DNA of 43,902 nucleotides from Synechococcales cyanobacterium (GCA_043755495.1 JAYUSV010000358.1:1-43902), one strand, 5' to 3'; positions 19,901 through 27,436 are shown, counted from the stretch's first letter. Program-made: numbers and translations. The notes: generated by a model from the letters alone, not told the origin.

Positions 19901-20498
19901 CATTTACCTTGACCCGAACGACGATCGCAGCATCAGCCGGAATAGAACCCAATGTAATATTTCCCCCTAGCGTCACATCACTCAGGGTATTAGTATCACC
20001 TGCCGTACTCACGTCGATAGGAGTAGCTAGCACAACTGGCGTAGTACTCCCAGCCGGAACATAGCTAACAATTTGCAAGACTCCTGATTGAGCACCACCG
20101 ATAATTTTGGCAGTATCGAGAGTACTGGGTAAGAAGAATTTAGTCGGATCGTTACCAACGTTTTTGATGGTAAAATCGAAGTTAGCGATGGTTCCAGGAA
20201 TAGCATTAGCTATATTGCTATTAATGATCGAAATCCCGGCAACTTCAGCAACTGTGACTTTGACGACATCTGAGGCAACTGTTTTAGACAAATTATCAGC
20301 AGTATCGACAAATGAACCGGTCGCCTGGTTTTCGATCACAGTCCCAGGGGTAGGGCTAGCCGCAGTAGCCATCATGGTATTAAGTAGACCCCCACCAATA
20401 AACAACGATGCTAATAGTAAAGAGTGATAGCGCAAAAGCGGAAATTTCAGAGCGACAGAGGAAGCAAGACGTGGGGGGGTAAACATGGCAAGGTACAA
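16938..20498 (-). CDS. Giant secreted beta-rich surface protein, paralogue D (1186 aa): same architecture as B and C
   Basis: The ORF opens with TTG at 20498; ATG at 20486 (MFTPPRLASS...) is likelier. N-module VIENQATGSFVD...VVKVTVAEVAGI...ANFDFTIKNVGNDPTKFFLP (aa 52-265, nt 19704-20345). ISGTVFEDPNYGGGAGRPL; QGSLRQFVTNSNA; beta-helix repeats (IYQNLI, VTNNTFSGNYQAGIM, IEKNII, ISQNSLFGNVKLGIDL); ITATATDAAGNTSEFS. CTD at nt 16941-17555. Confidence 0.88.
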   Translation of the reverse strand: MYLAMFTPPRLASSVALKFPLLRYHSLLLASLFIGGGLLNTMMATAASPTPGTVIENQATGSFVDTADNLSKTVASDVVKVTVAEVAGISIINSNIANAIPGTIANFDFTIKNVGNDPTKFFLPSTLDTAKIIGGAQSGVLQIVSYVPAGSTTPVVLATPIDVSTAGDTNTLSDVTLGGNITLGSIPADAAIVVRVKVNVTAATGSPVSVILGDTPTVGDSNITYTVGTNDVYTVDNPVGSTVSGEAVGTPINGVREASAIQSVNAISTAKFISGTVFEDPNYGGGAGRPLNTPTTSGRANAIVEIYDSTGAFKGFTTTDSAGAYKFDATNVIGGVIAGNYKIRVVNSTVTSSRLGYVNTLVPVQTFRTDATTGSIIDVTDHVGGEKPAEVDASANTTNANLATLDTPTQEAQSLTVVQVSTTNVTGIDFGYNFDTIVNTSNAGQGSLRQFVTNSNALTNTNLAQEGQTAGQEVSIFMISDGSVRAGLSGSYSTGINGTGGNNNTAVIALSSQLIITDSNTSIDGRTQTQNVFDTNSGTVGTGGTVGTDNLALSVIPKPEIALDFSTMPIVNGNFNPNGGGSNAIVVQGQNTTLAGFSFYGYRIQAGLGGMNNGAIWINPAVTDSGKATLTQLLGGTLANGSSPAANAYVGYAFQATGAADIFNNYFAYLGDAGTFGNSTGVISNAVINFYNNEVFANGPKNIGTDASGVYADQLKTEINAKNIKIYQNLIHGATSVASALSQGKGLQISTGSSVEVTNNTFSGNYQAGIMSAGIDDTIEKNIITDSRVDGAGNYGSGIVILKLDSNSGLRNKISQNSLFGNVKLGIDLGIYNGSIFQAGVTGNDGATNTSNTGTQAANIGMDYPIITSSTLSAGTLTVKGYVGISSAGNPLFTNKVVELFVAADDGNNNGEVILGDTRSRPHGEGKTYIGTCTTDANSLFGISPACEFTNTATLSLTNARNITATATDAAGNTSEFSSIPPVKAQVLLVKRITAIKDVDTNAVTNFTAFTDDTTSANKTDDNNCNWPTATGSTGACTNTYTVGKITPSPVKPGDEVEYTIYYLNSGENRATQARVCDQLDANLDFQTQFDITNSATLNKGIALVPGTSALPQYLTNNDADADAGRLTTPSLATSCNLAANSGTNLSNDVVVVDVGTTSSPLMGSTSAGAPATSYGYIRFKVKVKK
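16941..17555 (-). other. Shared C-terminal domain (CTD), copy in paralogue D (last 205 aa)
   Basis: QVLLVKRITAI...NCNWPTAT...VKPGDEVEYTIYYLNSGENRATQARVCD...PQYLTN...TSCN...NDVVVVDVG...GYIRFKVKVKK-stop. Confidence 0.8.
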
Positions 20499-20558
20499 AA
20501 AGATAATGATAGTAATGGAGCAATTGCAAGGAAATCAGAGAATTAAGACCAGTTATTA

Positions 20559-23132
20559 TTAGGGGTTTACCTTGGTTTTAAATCTGAAATAACCATAAGA
20601 ATTAGTCGGCACCCCAGGAGCCGTACCACCAGGCAAGGCCAGTAGATTTTGCTGACCACTACTACCAGTGCCGGTAACATCAACAATTACCGTTCCATTA
20701 TTTGTCCCTGTAATACTGGGAATAGGACAGCCCACAATAGTACCTGTACTACTATTTAACTCCGCCCGATCGACTGAAGTCAAACTGGCTTTGGTGAGAT
20801 ATTGCACAGCATTAGCACCCAATTTATATTCAATATCTTTGCCAACTCCATAAGCATCTGCCAAAAACTGTTGCGCACCCACTATTTGATCACAGAATCT
20901 CACTGTATTGGCATCAGAACCCCGAGCATTCAAAAAATAAACAGTGTATTCCACCACATCTTTAGGGTTGATCAATCCAGCATTATAAGAGCCCACCAAA
21001 TAGCCACTCGGCCAATTTAGCCCTGGATCATCACTGGTGGTTGCTGGGTTGTTTAACACTTGGTCGAGAGCAAAACTTGTGTCATTAGGGTTTTTTAGTC
21101 GATCGCTATTAATTTCTGTAATGCGTTTGATGAGCTTAATATCTGCGGGTATTGCAACAGGTGGTGTAATTAATATCTGATAATCTTCCACTTCCCCATC
21201 AGCAGCAATTCCACTAGGGGTACTGGCTGTGACTGTGGCATCACTGGTGAAGCGAAAACGAGCGAAGGTATTTCCAGCAGCACCGGCAGTAATTCCTGTC
21301 CAGTTTAGATCGCCTGAAAGTGTATCACTCACAACCGCAGCGCTAGTATATTCGCCAACATCAAACGTACCGTTCTTATTGAAATCGATCCAGGCATGCA
21401 GTGTACCCGTTCCTGTTGCGGTGATATTTGCAGCAGGAATACTATAGCTGGTGCCTCCAGCAGTCAAAGTAGGAAAGCTACTGATGCTGTCGTCGTCGGC
21501 TCCATCACCACTTGCGTTAGCGTTGGCGATCGACCCTGTTTCACTATCGATCACGGCTCCTAACTTTATACCAGAAATAACTCCATGTATGGCTTGGCTA
21601 TAAGCATTTGTACCCGTCCCACTTGGTGCTGTTCCAGTAATAGGGGCATCTCCATAATCGCCAAGAACTACTACCAAAGTGCCAGTAGTACTACCCGGGT
21701 TATTCCCTGCCGTGGTCTTTAATTCTCCAGCCGCAATAGTATTAATAAAAGTACCCGTATTACTAGCCGTGACATTGACCGTCACGGTACAACCACCAGC
21801 CGGAACTTTTAATCCATTCAACAAGCTAATAGAGTTGCTGTTTGCCACGGCAGTTACTTTGTTGTTGTTGGCTGTATCAGCTAGGCACGTACCACCCAAC
21901 CCATTAGGAGATCTAACTGCTAACCCTGTTTGAAAGTTGTCAACTAATGTTGATATTAAATAAATAGGTACCTGGTTGGTATTGCCCAATGTCAATGTCA
22001 ACGTGCTGTTTGCCGGTATTCCAACAACATTATTTGGGTTAAATGCTTTGGTAATGGTTGGTAAATCTGGCACAGGTGAGCCACAAGCACCTAGGTCACC
22101 TGTCCCCGTTGCAGTTGTTAATTGAGTTGCGGAATTTGTAGCGGTGTTTAATTCATAAGTACCTAAGCTGCTGCTGATATAGAATTTGCCAGTCGCTGGA
22201 TCGATCGCCAATCCATTTGCTGCGGAACCGCCAAGACCGGTAATATTGCTAGCGACCACTGCGACAGCAGTCGCTGTAGTTCCACTAATTGTCAGAGTAT
22301 ACAGTCGAGAGGTGTAGGTAAGCACACCGCCAGTATTAATGGTGCTGGTGTCTCCTAATATATAGATAAGACCATCTGTACCGATCGCTATATCCCCATT
22401 TGTATTGCCACCAGTTACAGTAGTATTATTCGCAATAGTCCCTGGCGGTGGTGGCCCCCCACCAGGAATACCACTAATGCTGATCGTAACGCCGCTCTGG
22501 CCACCAGTGGTAGGATCGACTTCAATCAGCTTTTTATCTGAGTAATAAACATATAATTTACCACTGGCATTAAACGTAGCACCAATGACTGCACTTCCGG
22601 TCGTAATAGAGACAGGAATAGTTCCGGAAAGAGTAGTTTGTACATTGGTGTTGACATTGAAAACAACGACCTTGCCAGTAGTCCGGTTGACGAAATAAAG
22701 ATTACCGGTAGATGGTTGAACTGCGATCGCATTAATATTGTTACCACCTGTGTAATTAACAAGGGGTACATAAGAATTAGTGATGCTATTGAAGTAACCA
22801 ATTACACTGCTGGTTCCAGATGCTACCACTGCACCTGAAGCATCAATTGTCACCCCAGATCGACTAGAATACGTCCCAACGCAAGTGCTGCCAGCCCAAC
22901 TGCGCTGCGGATTGAAAGTAATACCAATTCCAATACTAGTACCGATCATTAGTAAAGATGTATACAGAGAAAGACTGATGCCAGGAATACCCTTTCTCAT
23001 AGATTTATCGATCACTTTTGAATTCTTGAACAAAGATGGCAATGCCTGAACTTGCTTAGTAAAAGCTGTTCGATCGCGGAGCACATCATTAGAAGAGTCG
23101 AGTTTATGCAGAGATGACAGAAAAGATTTCAT
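20559..23132 (-). CDS. Secreted surface protein, paralogue E (857 aa): beta-propeller-like region, DUF11/CARDB-like Ig domain, GEVED domain, shared C-terminal domain
   Basis: ATG start at 23132. An internal ATG at 23000 gives a classical signal peptide (MRKGIPGISLSLYTSLLMIGTSIGIGITFNPQRSWA). Propeller-like repeats: GNLYFVN, GKLYVYY, DGLIYILG, GKFYISS (aa about 85-340). Ig-like domain LPTITKAFNPNNV...STLTLTLGNTN...GGCTVTVNVTASNTG. GEVED domain (DYGDAP...WIDFNKNGTFD...ARFRF...DGEVEDY). CTD at nt 20562-21152. Only 60 nt separate its stop from the start of paralogue D. Confidence 0.85.
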   Translation of the reverse strand: MKSFLSSLHKLDSSNDVLRDRTAFTKQVQALPSLFKNSKVIDKSMRKGIPGISLSLYTSLLMIGTSIGIGITFNPQRSWAGSTCVGTYSSRSGVTIDASGAVVASGTSSVIGYFNSITNSYVPLVNYTGGNNINAIAVQPSTGNLYFVNRTTGKVVVFNVNTNVQTTLSGTIPVSITTGSAVIGATFNASGKLYVYYSDKKLIEVDPTTGGQSGVTISISGIPGGGPPPPGTIANNTTVTGGNTNGDIAIGTDGLIYILGDTSTINTGGVLTYTSRLYTLTISGTTATAVAVVASNITGLGGSAANGLAIDPATGKFYISSSLGTYELNTATNSATQLTTATGTGDLGACGSPVPDLPTITKAFNPNNVVGIPANSTLTLTLGNTNQVPIYLISTLVDNFQTGLAVRSPNGLGGTCLADTANNNKVTAVANSNSISLLNGLKVPAGGCTVTVNVTASNTGTFINTIAAGELKTTAGNNPGSTTGTLVVVLGDYGDAPITGTAPSGTGTNAYSQAIHGVISGIKLGAVIDSETGSIANANASGDGADDDSISSFPTLTAGGTSYSIPAANITATGTGTLHAWIDFNKNGTFDVGEYTSAAVVSDTLSGDLNWTGITAGAAGNTFARFRFTSDATVTASTPSGIAADGEVEDYQILITPPVAIPADIKLIKRITEINSDRLKNPNDTSFALDQVLNNPATTSDDPGLNWPSGYLVGSYNAGLINPKDVVEYTVYFLNARGSDANTVRFCDQIVGAQQFLADAYGVGKDIEYKLGANAVQYLTKASLTSVDRAELNSSTGTIVGCPIPSITGTNNGTVIVDVTGTGSSGQQNLLALPGGTAPGVPTNSYGYFRFKTKVNP
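20562..21152 (-). other. Shared C-terminal domain (CTD), copy in paralogue E (last 197 aa)
   Basis: DIKLIKRITEI...GLNWPSGY...INPKDVVEYTVYFLNARGSDANTVRFCD...VQYLTK...VGCP...GTVIVDVTG...GYFRFKTKVNP-stop. Confidence 0.8.
21168..21662 (-). other. GEVED domain within paralogue E (aa 491-655)
   Basis: GDYGDAP...YSQAIHGV...LGAVIDSE...ASGDGADDD...LHAWIDFNKNGTFDVGEY...NTFARFRFTSD...GIAADGEVEDYQI. This matches the motif pattern of the Pfam GEVED family as I remember it. Confidence 0.6.
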
Positions 23133-23479
23133 AGCAATCAGGAGTAATACATTAAAACGATGAACTGTTGGTACCGCAGAGCAGAATGGCCAAAATGAAA
23201 CTTGATGTGTTTCGATAGCAGGTTAGATGCACCCAGACCATAAATTACATTAGATTTTTGAGTGCCGTTATTTAAGGCTCTACTTCCACTGTTGTAAAAG
23301 CACAGATCCAAATACTGGCCATTATTATGATGCCCAACACATTAGCTGAATTCGTAGTAAAATTACCGAATTATTGAATGATGAAAATACCTAGACTCCC
23401 AATATTCTATGAGCTTCAGCGATTGTTTTTCAGCATGTTTGCGGAGCGTCTCTGGTAGGAGAATCGAAATCACAGCATC

Positions 23480-23509
23480 AATAAAAAAGTTCACTATAAA
23501 AGTGAACTT
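23480..23509 (-). terminator. Orphan intrinsic-terminator-like hairpin in the ORF-free region
   Basis: The minus strand reads AAGTTCACT-TTTAT-AGTGAACTT followed by TTTTATTG: a perfect 9-bp stem, 5-nt loop and U-tract. No ORF of 60 aa or more lies upstream of it on this strand. Confidence 0.45.
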
Positions 23510-23910
23510 AATCTAATTTTTCCATTTAAACCAAAGAAACTTAAACCTGCTAATTGCAAACACACCTCAATAAATTGGAGACTAAAGATCAAAACCACCA
23601 GAAAGAATACCTTCGAATTAAATCATGGATGTTTACCATTTCCTTCTTATACCTATGTTGTCATAGGCCATAGCCTAAAACAACCGAGAAATTACCTGAT
23701 CACCGGAGGTGCAAGCAAAGCTATCGATAACTGACTATTTCTGACCCACCTATAATACCTCCAGGTATATTCACTATGAGTCACCAAATCTCGGTGATTG
23801 CTCTACTAGCAGCCTTAAGACCACAGTACTGATAAAAAAAACTACCATAAAAAATGATTGCAAAATCTTTCTCGCACTCAAGATACAATTTGCCATGACT
23901 TCATTACAGC

Positions 23911-23944
23911 CAAAACAAAAATGCCACTTGATTTCAAGGGGCAT
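23911..23944 (-). terminator. Orphan intrinsic terminator in the ORF-free region
   Basis: The minus strand reads ATGCCCCTTG-AAAT-CAAGTGGCAT followed by TTTTGTTTTG: a 10-bp stem with one C/U mismatch, a 4-nt loop and a strong U-tract. The plus strand has no U-tract after the hairpin, so it is strand-specific. Confidence 0.55.
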
Positions 23945-24632
23945 CTAATGGCTTTCACATGAGCAGAGTTCGATCGCTGTAATCAAATCGGTCTCTAAGA
24001 ATGGATCACCAAACACTAAGTCAAATCAAAACATTCAGTTGAGTTAAAACACCAAACCCCAGGAATTTTAATATTAATTTATTTGAAACTATTGCCCCAA
24101 AGAACTCCTATCGTAACCCCAGAAAGTAGGACTTCCTACATGTATCTACTATCACAGGGTATTTCAACTTAAACTAGGAGGTAAACACCTAAATTTTATA
24201 TTAATACTACTTTGAATTCTCAGTGATTACGACACTATACGTTGGCCTGAGTTAAGTCAGCCCAAAAGACAACCGTATAATTATCCAAATCTGTCTCTGC
24301 TTTTTTACGTAGGCAATCGTACATTGATTAAAATTCTTCGTGGGCAGTGCCCACCCTACAATTGTTTAACTCCGACAAGCTGCTAGGTGATTATGCTTAG
24401 ACTAGTAAAGCCGTGATCGACATTCAAATAGCAACTCTACTTTACTCCGTTTACCCAATTTAATTGGGCAGGAGGTCAGCTCGCCGGAGGGTTGCTAGTC
24501 AACTAACTCCGCGATCGTCTATCATCTCAGTTTGATGGTAAGTCAAATATTCGGATTCGGCTGATCTGAATTGCTGGCGTTATGATCGAAACCCTCGTAG
24601 AATTAAAGTAGTTTGCTGGCAATTCAATAATT

Positions 24633-25229
24633 ATGGCATACAACAACTTCACATTAGATTCTGTCAAGAATCAATTTAAGTTAAAGATAACTGATGAACG
24701 GTTTTGTGAATCTTTGGCTTTGGTAGAGCCACAGCTAAGTATGTTAGATATTTTCAATCAATCGTTTCGTTTAGCTGAAGTTGCTAGAACCGAAAAGGCT
24801 AAGTCTGAATTATTGGTTAGTCCGATTTTAGTTGAAGCAAGAAGACTGACTAACGAACAAGTACAGTTGTTTTCTGGCGAAGAGTTTGATGTCGATCGAG
24901 AACGTGGCTTAAATGGGTTCTGTGATTTTCTGTTTAGTAAATCACAGAACCCGTTTACTATCGATGCCCCAGTGTTAATGCTAGTCGAAGCTAAACGAGG
25001 AGAGATAGAAACTGGATTGGGTCAATGTGTGGCTGAGATGCTTGCAGCGCAGTTTTACAATCAAAGTCAAGAGCAAAGTACTCCAGTTATCTATGGTTGC
25101 GTGACTAGCGGTACGATCTGGCAGTTTCTTAAGTTAGAAGGCAATAATGTCACGATCGATCCTACTAATTATTTTGTTATACCCGTCCAGAAAATTCTTG
25201 GCATTCTTAACTGGATCTTAAACCAGTAG
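24633..25229 (+). CDS. PD-(D/E)xK nuclease-fold protein (HsdR_N-like, conserved hypothetical)
   Basis: 198 aa. The catalytic-type motif spacing is D in GFCDFLF, about 20 aa, then LVEAKRG (E-x-K). No partner methylase or specificity genes are nearby. Confidence 0.5.
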   Translation: MAYNNFTLDSVKNQFKLKITDERFCESLALVEPQLSMLDIFNQSFRLAEVARTEKAKSELLVSPILVEARRLTNEQVQLFSGEEFDVDRERGLNGFCDFLFSKSQNPFTIDAPVLMLVEAKRGEIETGLGQCVAEMLAAQFYNQSQEQSTPVIYGCVTSGTIWQFLKLEGNNVTIDPTNYFVIPVQKILGILNWILNQ

Positions 25230-25385
25230 CTCACTGTTCTAATTAATCAGATTAAATACCCCTAGGTCTTATCTAACGCTGAAATCTAAATTATCCGCAA
25301 CCATTATTGTACTCCACCATGAAATAGACCCAAAAACCGAGATAATGACAGGCATGGTACTTAAGTCAAAATAACTCTTTCCACC

Positions 25386-25961
25386 ATGTCATTCCCCACC
25401 GTTGTAACCCATTGGTTGCCTACCGTAGCCTACTGGGTACTCCTAGCAGTCATGCTGCTGGGCGTAGTCGGAGCCTTTATCCCTGCTATTCCAGGGCCAA
25501 GCCTCATTGTCGGGGCGATCGTGGCCGCCGGTTTTATCTACGGTTGGCAGCAAGTAACCGTGCCACTAGTCGTTTCAATTATTGTCCTTGCCCTATGTTT
25601 TGCAATCGAATACCTGGCCGGAATACTCGGCGGCCAAAAAGCCGGAGCCAGTAATTGGGGGCAAGTAGGAGCCATGATCGGACTAGGACTGGGCTTCTTT
25701 GGCTTATTGCCAGCTCTACCAGTAGGTGGCCCACTGATCGGAATTTTCTTTGGCCCCTTTATTGGCGCAGTAATTGCCGAAATCTTTTATTTAATGCGGG
25801 ATAAAAGCTTGTCAGCACTCGATCGACTGCAAAGATCTTTGCGAGCGGGCATTGGCATCGTAGCTGGTTCAGTGGTAGGGCTGGTCATGCAAGGATTACT
25901 TTCACTGGGTGCTTTGCTTGTATTTGCATTCACTACATATAGCAATGCCTGGCCAACTTAA
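25386..25961 (+). CDS. DUF456-family integral membrane protein
   Basis: 191 aa with 4-5 TM segments. IPAIPGPSLIVGAIV and GGQKAGASNWGQVGAMIGLGLGFFG resemble the DUF456 signature. Confidence 0.55.
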   Translation: MSFPTVVTHWLPTVAYWVLLAVMLLGVVGAFIPAIPGPSLIVGAIVAAGFIYGWQQVTVPLVVSIIVLALCFAIEYLAGILGGQKAGASNWGQVGAMIGLGLGFFGLLPALPVGGPLIGIFFGPFIGAVIAEIFYLMRDKSLSALDRLQRSLRAGIGIVAGSVVGLVMQGLLSLGALLVFAFTTYSNAWPT

Positions 25962-26083
25962 TAGTTTTGGGGAACACCGTTCAGTTTGACCAACTCTAAC
26001 AGATAATGTTTGGGGATATCTCTCCTGGCAGAGATCTAGACATTTTGCCAACCTGCTACTTACCAATCTATTTTAGGGTGTGA

Positions 26084-26602
26084 ATGAACAATAAACTTTT
26101 CCAAGGATTTCTAATCGGATCCTTACTATTACAAGGGGTCGTGATTTTTGCCGCTGACGCAGCCCCAAAAAAAGAAACAGTTAAGAAGCCCACCACAGCT
26201 AAACCTGCCAAAGCTGAACCTGAACAAGTTGTGCTTGGTGATACCGTTGTGAGAGACAGCGGCGTTCTCTATGAGTTGACCTCCTGTAAACGAGAAGCAG
26301 AAACTTTAGTATGTCGTTTACTGTTGATCAATAAAAAGAAAGAAGATGTGTCTGTCTCTTTTAAAATTGCTGGCACCCGCTTCATTGATAAATCGGGTGA
26401 TGAATACAAAGCCACCAAAGTAAAAATCGGCAGTGTCGATGGTGACGAAGCCGAAAACTCGCTCATTCCTGGCATTCCTCTGAAAGCATCTGTGACCTTT
26501 GCTGCCCCACCGGCTAACGTGCGCACGATGTTGGTAATTGCCATTAGCCATTCTCCGGGCAGTAGCATGAAGTTCCGTAACATCATTATTGGCGGCAAAT
26601 AG
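26084..26602 (+). CDS. Secreted hypothetical protein (Ig-like/DUF4352-like beta-sandwich suspected)
   Basis: 172 aa. Signal peptide MNNKLFQGFLIGSLLLQGVVIFAADA, a Lys/Pro-rich linker, then a beta-rich domain. The family call is weak. Confidence 0.45.
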   Translation: MNNKLFQGFLIGSLLLQGVVIFAADAAPKKETVKKPTTAKPAKAEPEQVVLGDTVVRDSGVLYELTSCKREAETLVCRLLLINKKKEDVSVSFKIAGTRFIDKSGDEYKATKVKIGSVDGDEAENSLIPGIPLKASVTFAAPPANVRTMLVIAISHSPGSSMKFRNIIIGGK

Positions 26603-26608
26603 CGACCG

Positions 26609-27391
26609 ATGCAAATTGCTACCTGGAATGTCAATTCGGTGCGTACTCGCCTAGGAATTGTGACCGATTGGCTGCAACGCCAGCCAGTAGATGTGCTCTG
26701 CCTCCAAGAAACCAAGGTGACAGATGACCAGTTCCCTCGATCGGCCTTTACCGATATTGGTTATGAAGTATATATTTCTGGCCAAAAATCTTACAACGGT
26801 GTGGCACTCATTAGCCGCCAGCCCCTGACTAATGTTTCGGTGGGGTTTGCTGGTGTGCTAGGCGCTGAACCAGTAGAGGATTTAGACGAGCAAAAAAGAG
26901 TAATTTCTGGTCAGATCGGCGATGTGTCGATCGTTAATTTGTACGTGCCCAATGGTAGCGAAGTAGGCAGCGAAAAATATCAGTACAAACTGCGCTGGCT
27001 AGAATTGCTGCGGCAATATCTGGCGGCGCAGTCTGATAAATCTTTATGTGTTTGTGGCGACTTTAATATTGCGCTAGAGGCGATCGATATTCATACCAAA
27101 AAGAAAGATGACCATATTATGTATTCGCCCGTAGAGCGGGCAGCGCTGAAATCTGCCGTGCTAGATCTGGGTCTCAAAGACGTATTTCGGCATTTTGTCA
27201 GCGAACCCGGCCACTATAGCTGGTGGGACTATCGCCAGGGCGGCTATAGCCGCAATCGGGGCTGGCGGATTGACCATTTGTATCTGAGTCCAGAGTTGAT
27301 CGATCGAGCCACCGGTTGTACGATCGACAAAGTTCCCCGCGAATTAGAGCAACCCAGCGATCACACCCCGGTGATTGTAGAGATCGGGTAG
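26609..27391 (+). CDS. xthA: Exodeoxyribonuclease III (AP endonuclease, EEP fold)
   Basis: 260 aa. Motifs: QIATWNVNSVRTR, VLCLQETK, NLYVPNG, CGDFNIA, WRIDHLY, PSDHTPV. Confidence 0.92.
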   Translation: MQIATWNVNSVRTRLGIVTDWLQRQPVDVLCLQETKVTDDQFPRSAFTDIGYEVYISGQKSYNGVALISRQPLTNVSVGFAGVLGAEPVEDLDEQKRVISGQIGDVSIVNLYVPNGSEVGSEKYQYKLRWLELLRQYLAAQSDKSLCVCGDFNIALEAIDIHTKKKDDHIMYSPVERAALKSAVLDLGLKDVFRHFVSEPGHYSWWDYRQGGYSRNRGWRIDHLYLSPELIDRATGCTIDKVPRELEQPSDHTPVIVEIG

Positions 27392-27436
27392 TAACCTGTG
27401 TTAACGTAACGAAAGCCCATCCTCCTACCAAGTTCC

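Noticed and set aside
4017-20427. Dozens of 60-211 aa ORFs on the plus strand or in other frames inside the five giant genes (for example 5035-5484, 5875-6510, 7273-7608, 8346-8789, 8507-8932, 10688-11143, 13061-13474, 16091-16447, 18721-19026 and 20107-20427)
   Set aside because: All lie entirely within long ORFs that carry recognisable domains. Their Pro/Leu/Val/Ala-rich, low-complexity translations are what the complement or frameshift of Gly/Thr/Asn/Ser-rich coding sequence produces. The Pro-rich 7273-7608 ORF, for example, mirrors the poly-Gly region. None has a signal or motif of its own.
3918-23132. Abundant N-x-S/T sequons in the giant proteins as evidence for N-glycosylation linked to the neighbouring flippase
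   Set aside because: The proteins are so rich in Asn, Thr and Ser that many sequons are expected by chance, and I cannot compute observed versus expected here. No oligosaccharyltransferase gene is visible. I keep this only as a remark under the flippase finding.
26269-26715. ORFs 26269-26715 and 26318-26614 on the minus strand
   Set aside because: They are antisense to the secreted-protein gene and the xthA start, with no motifs. The sense-strand genes are well supported.
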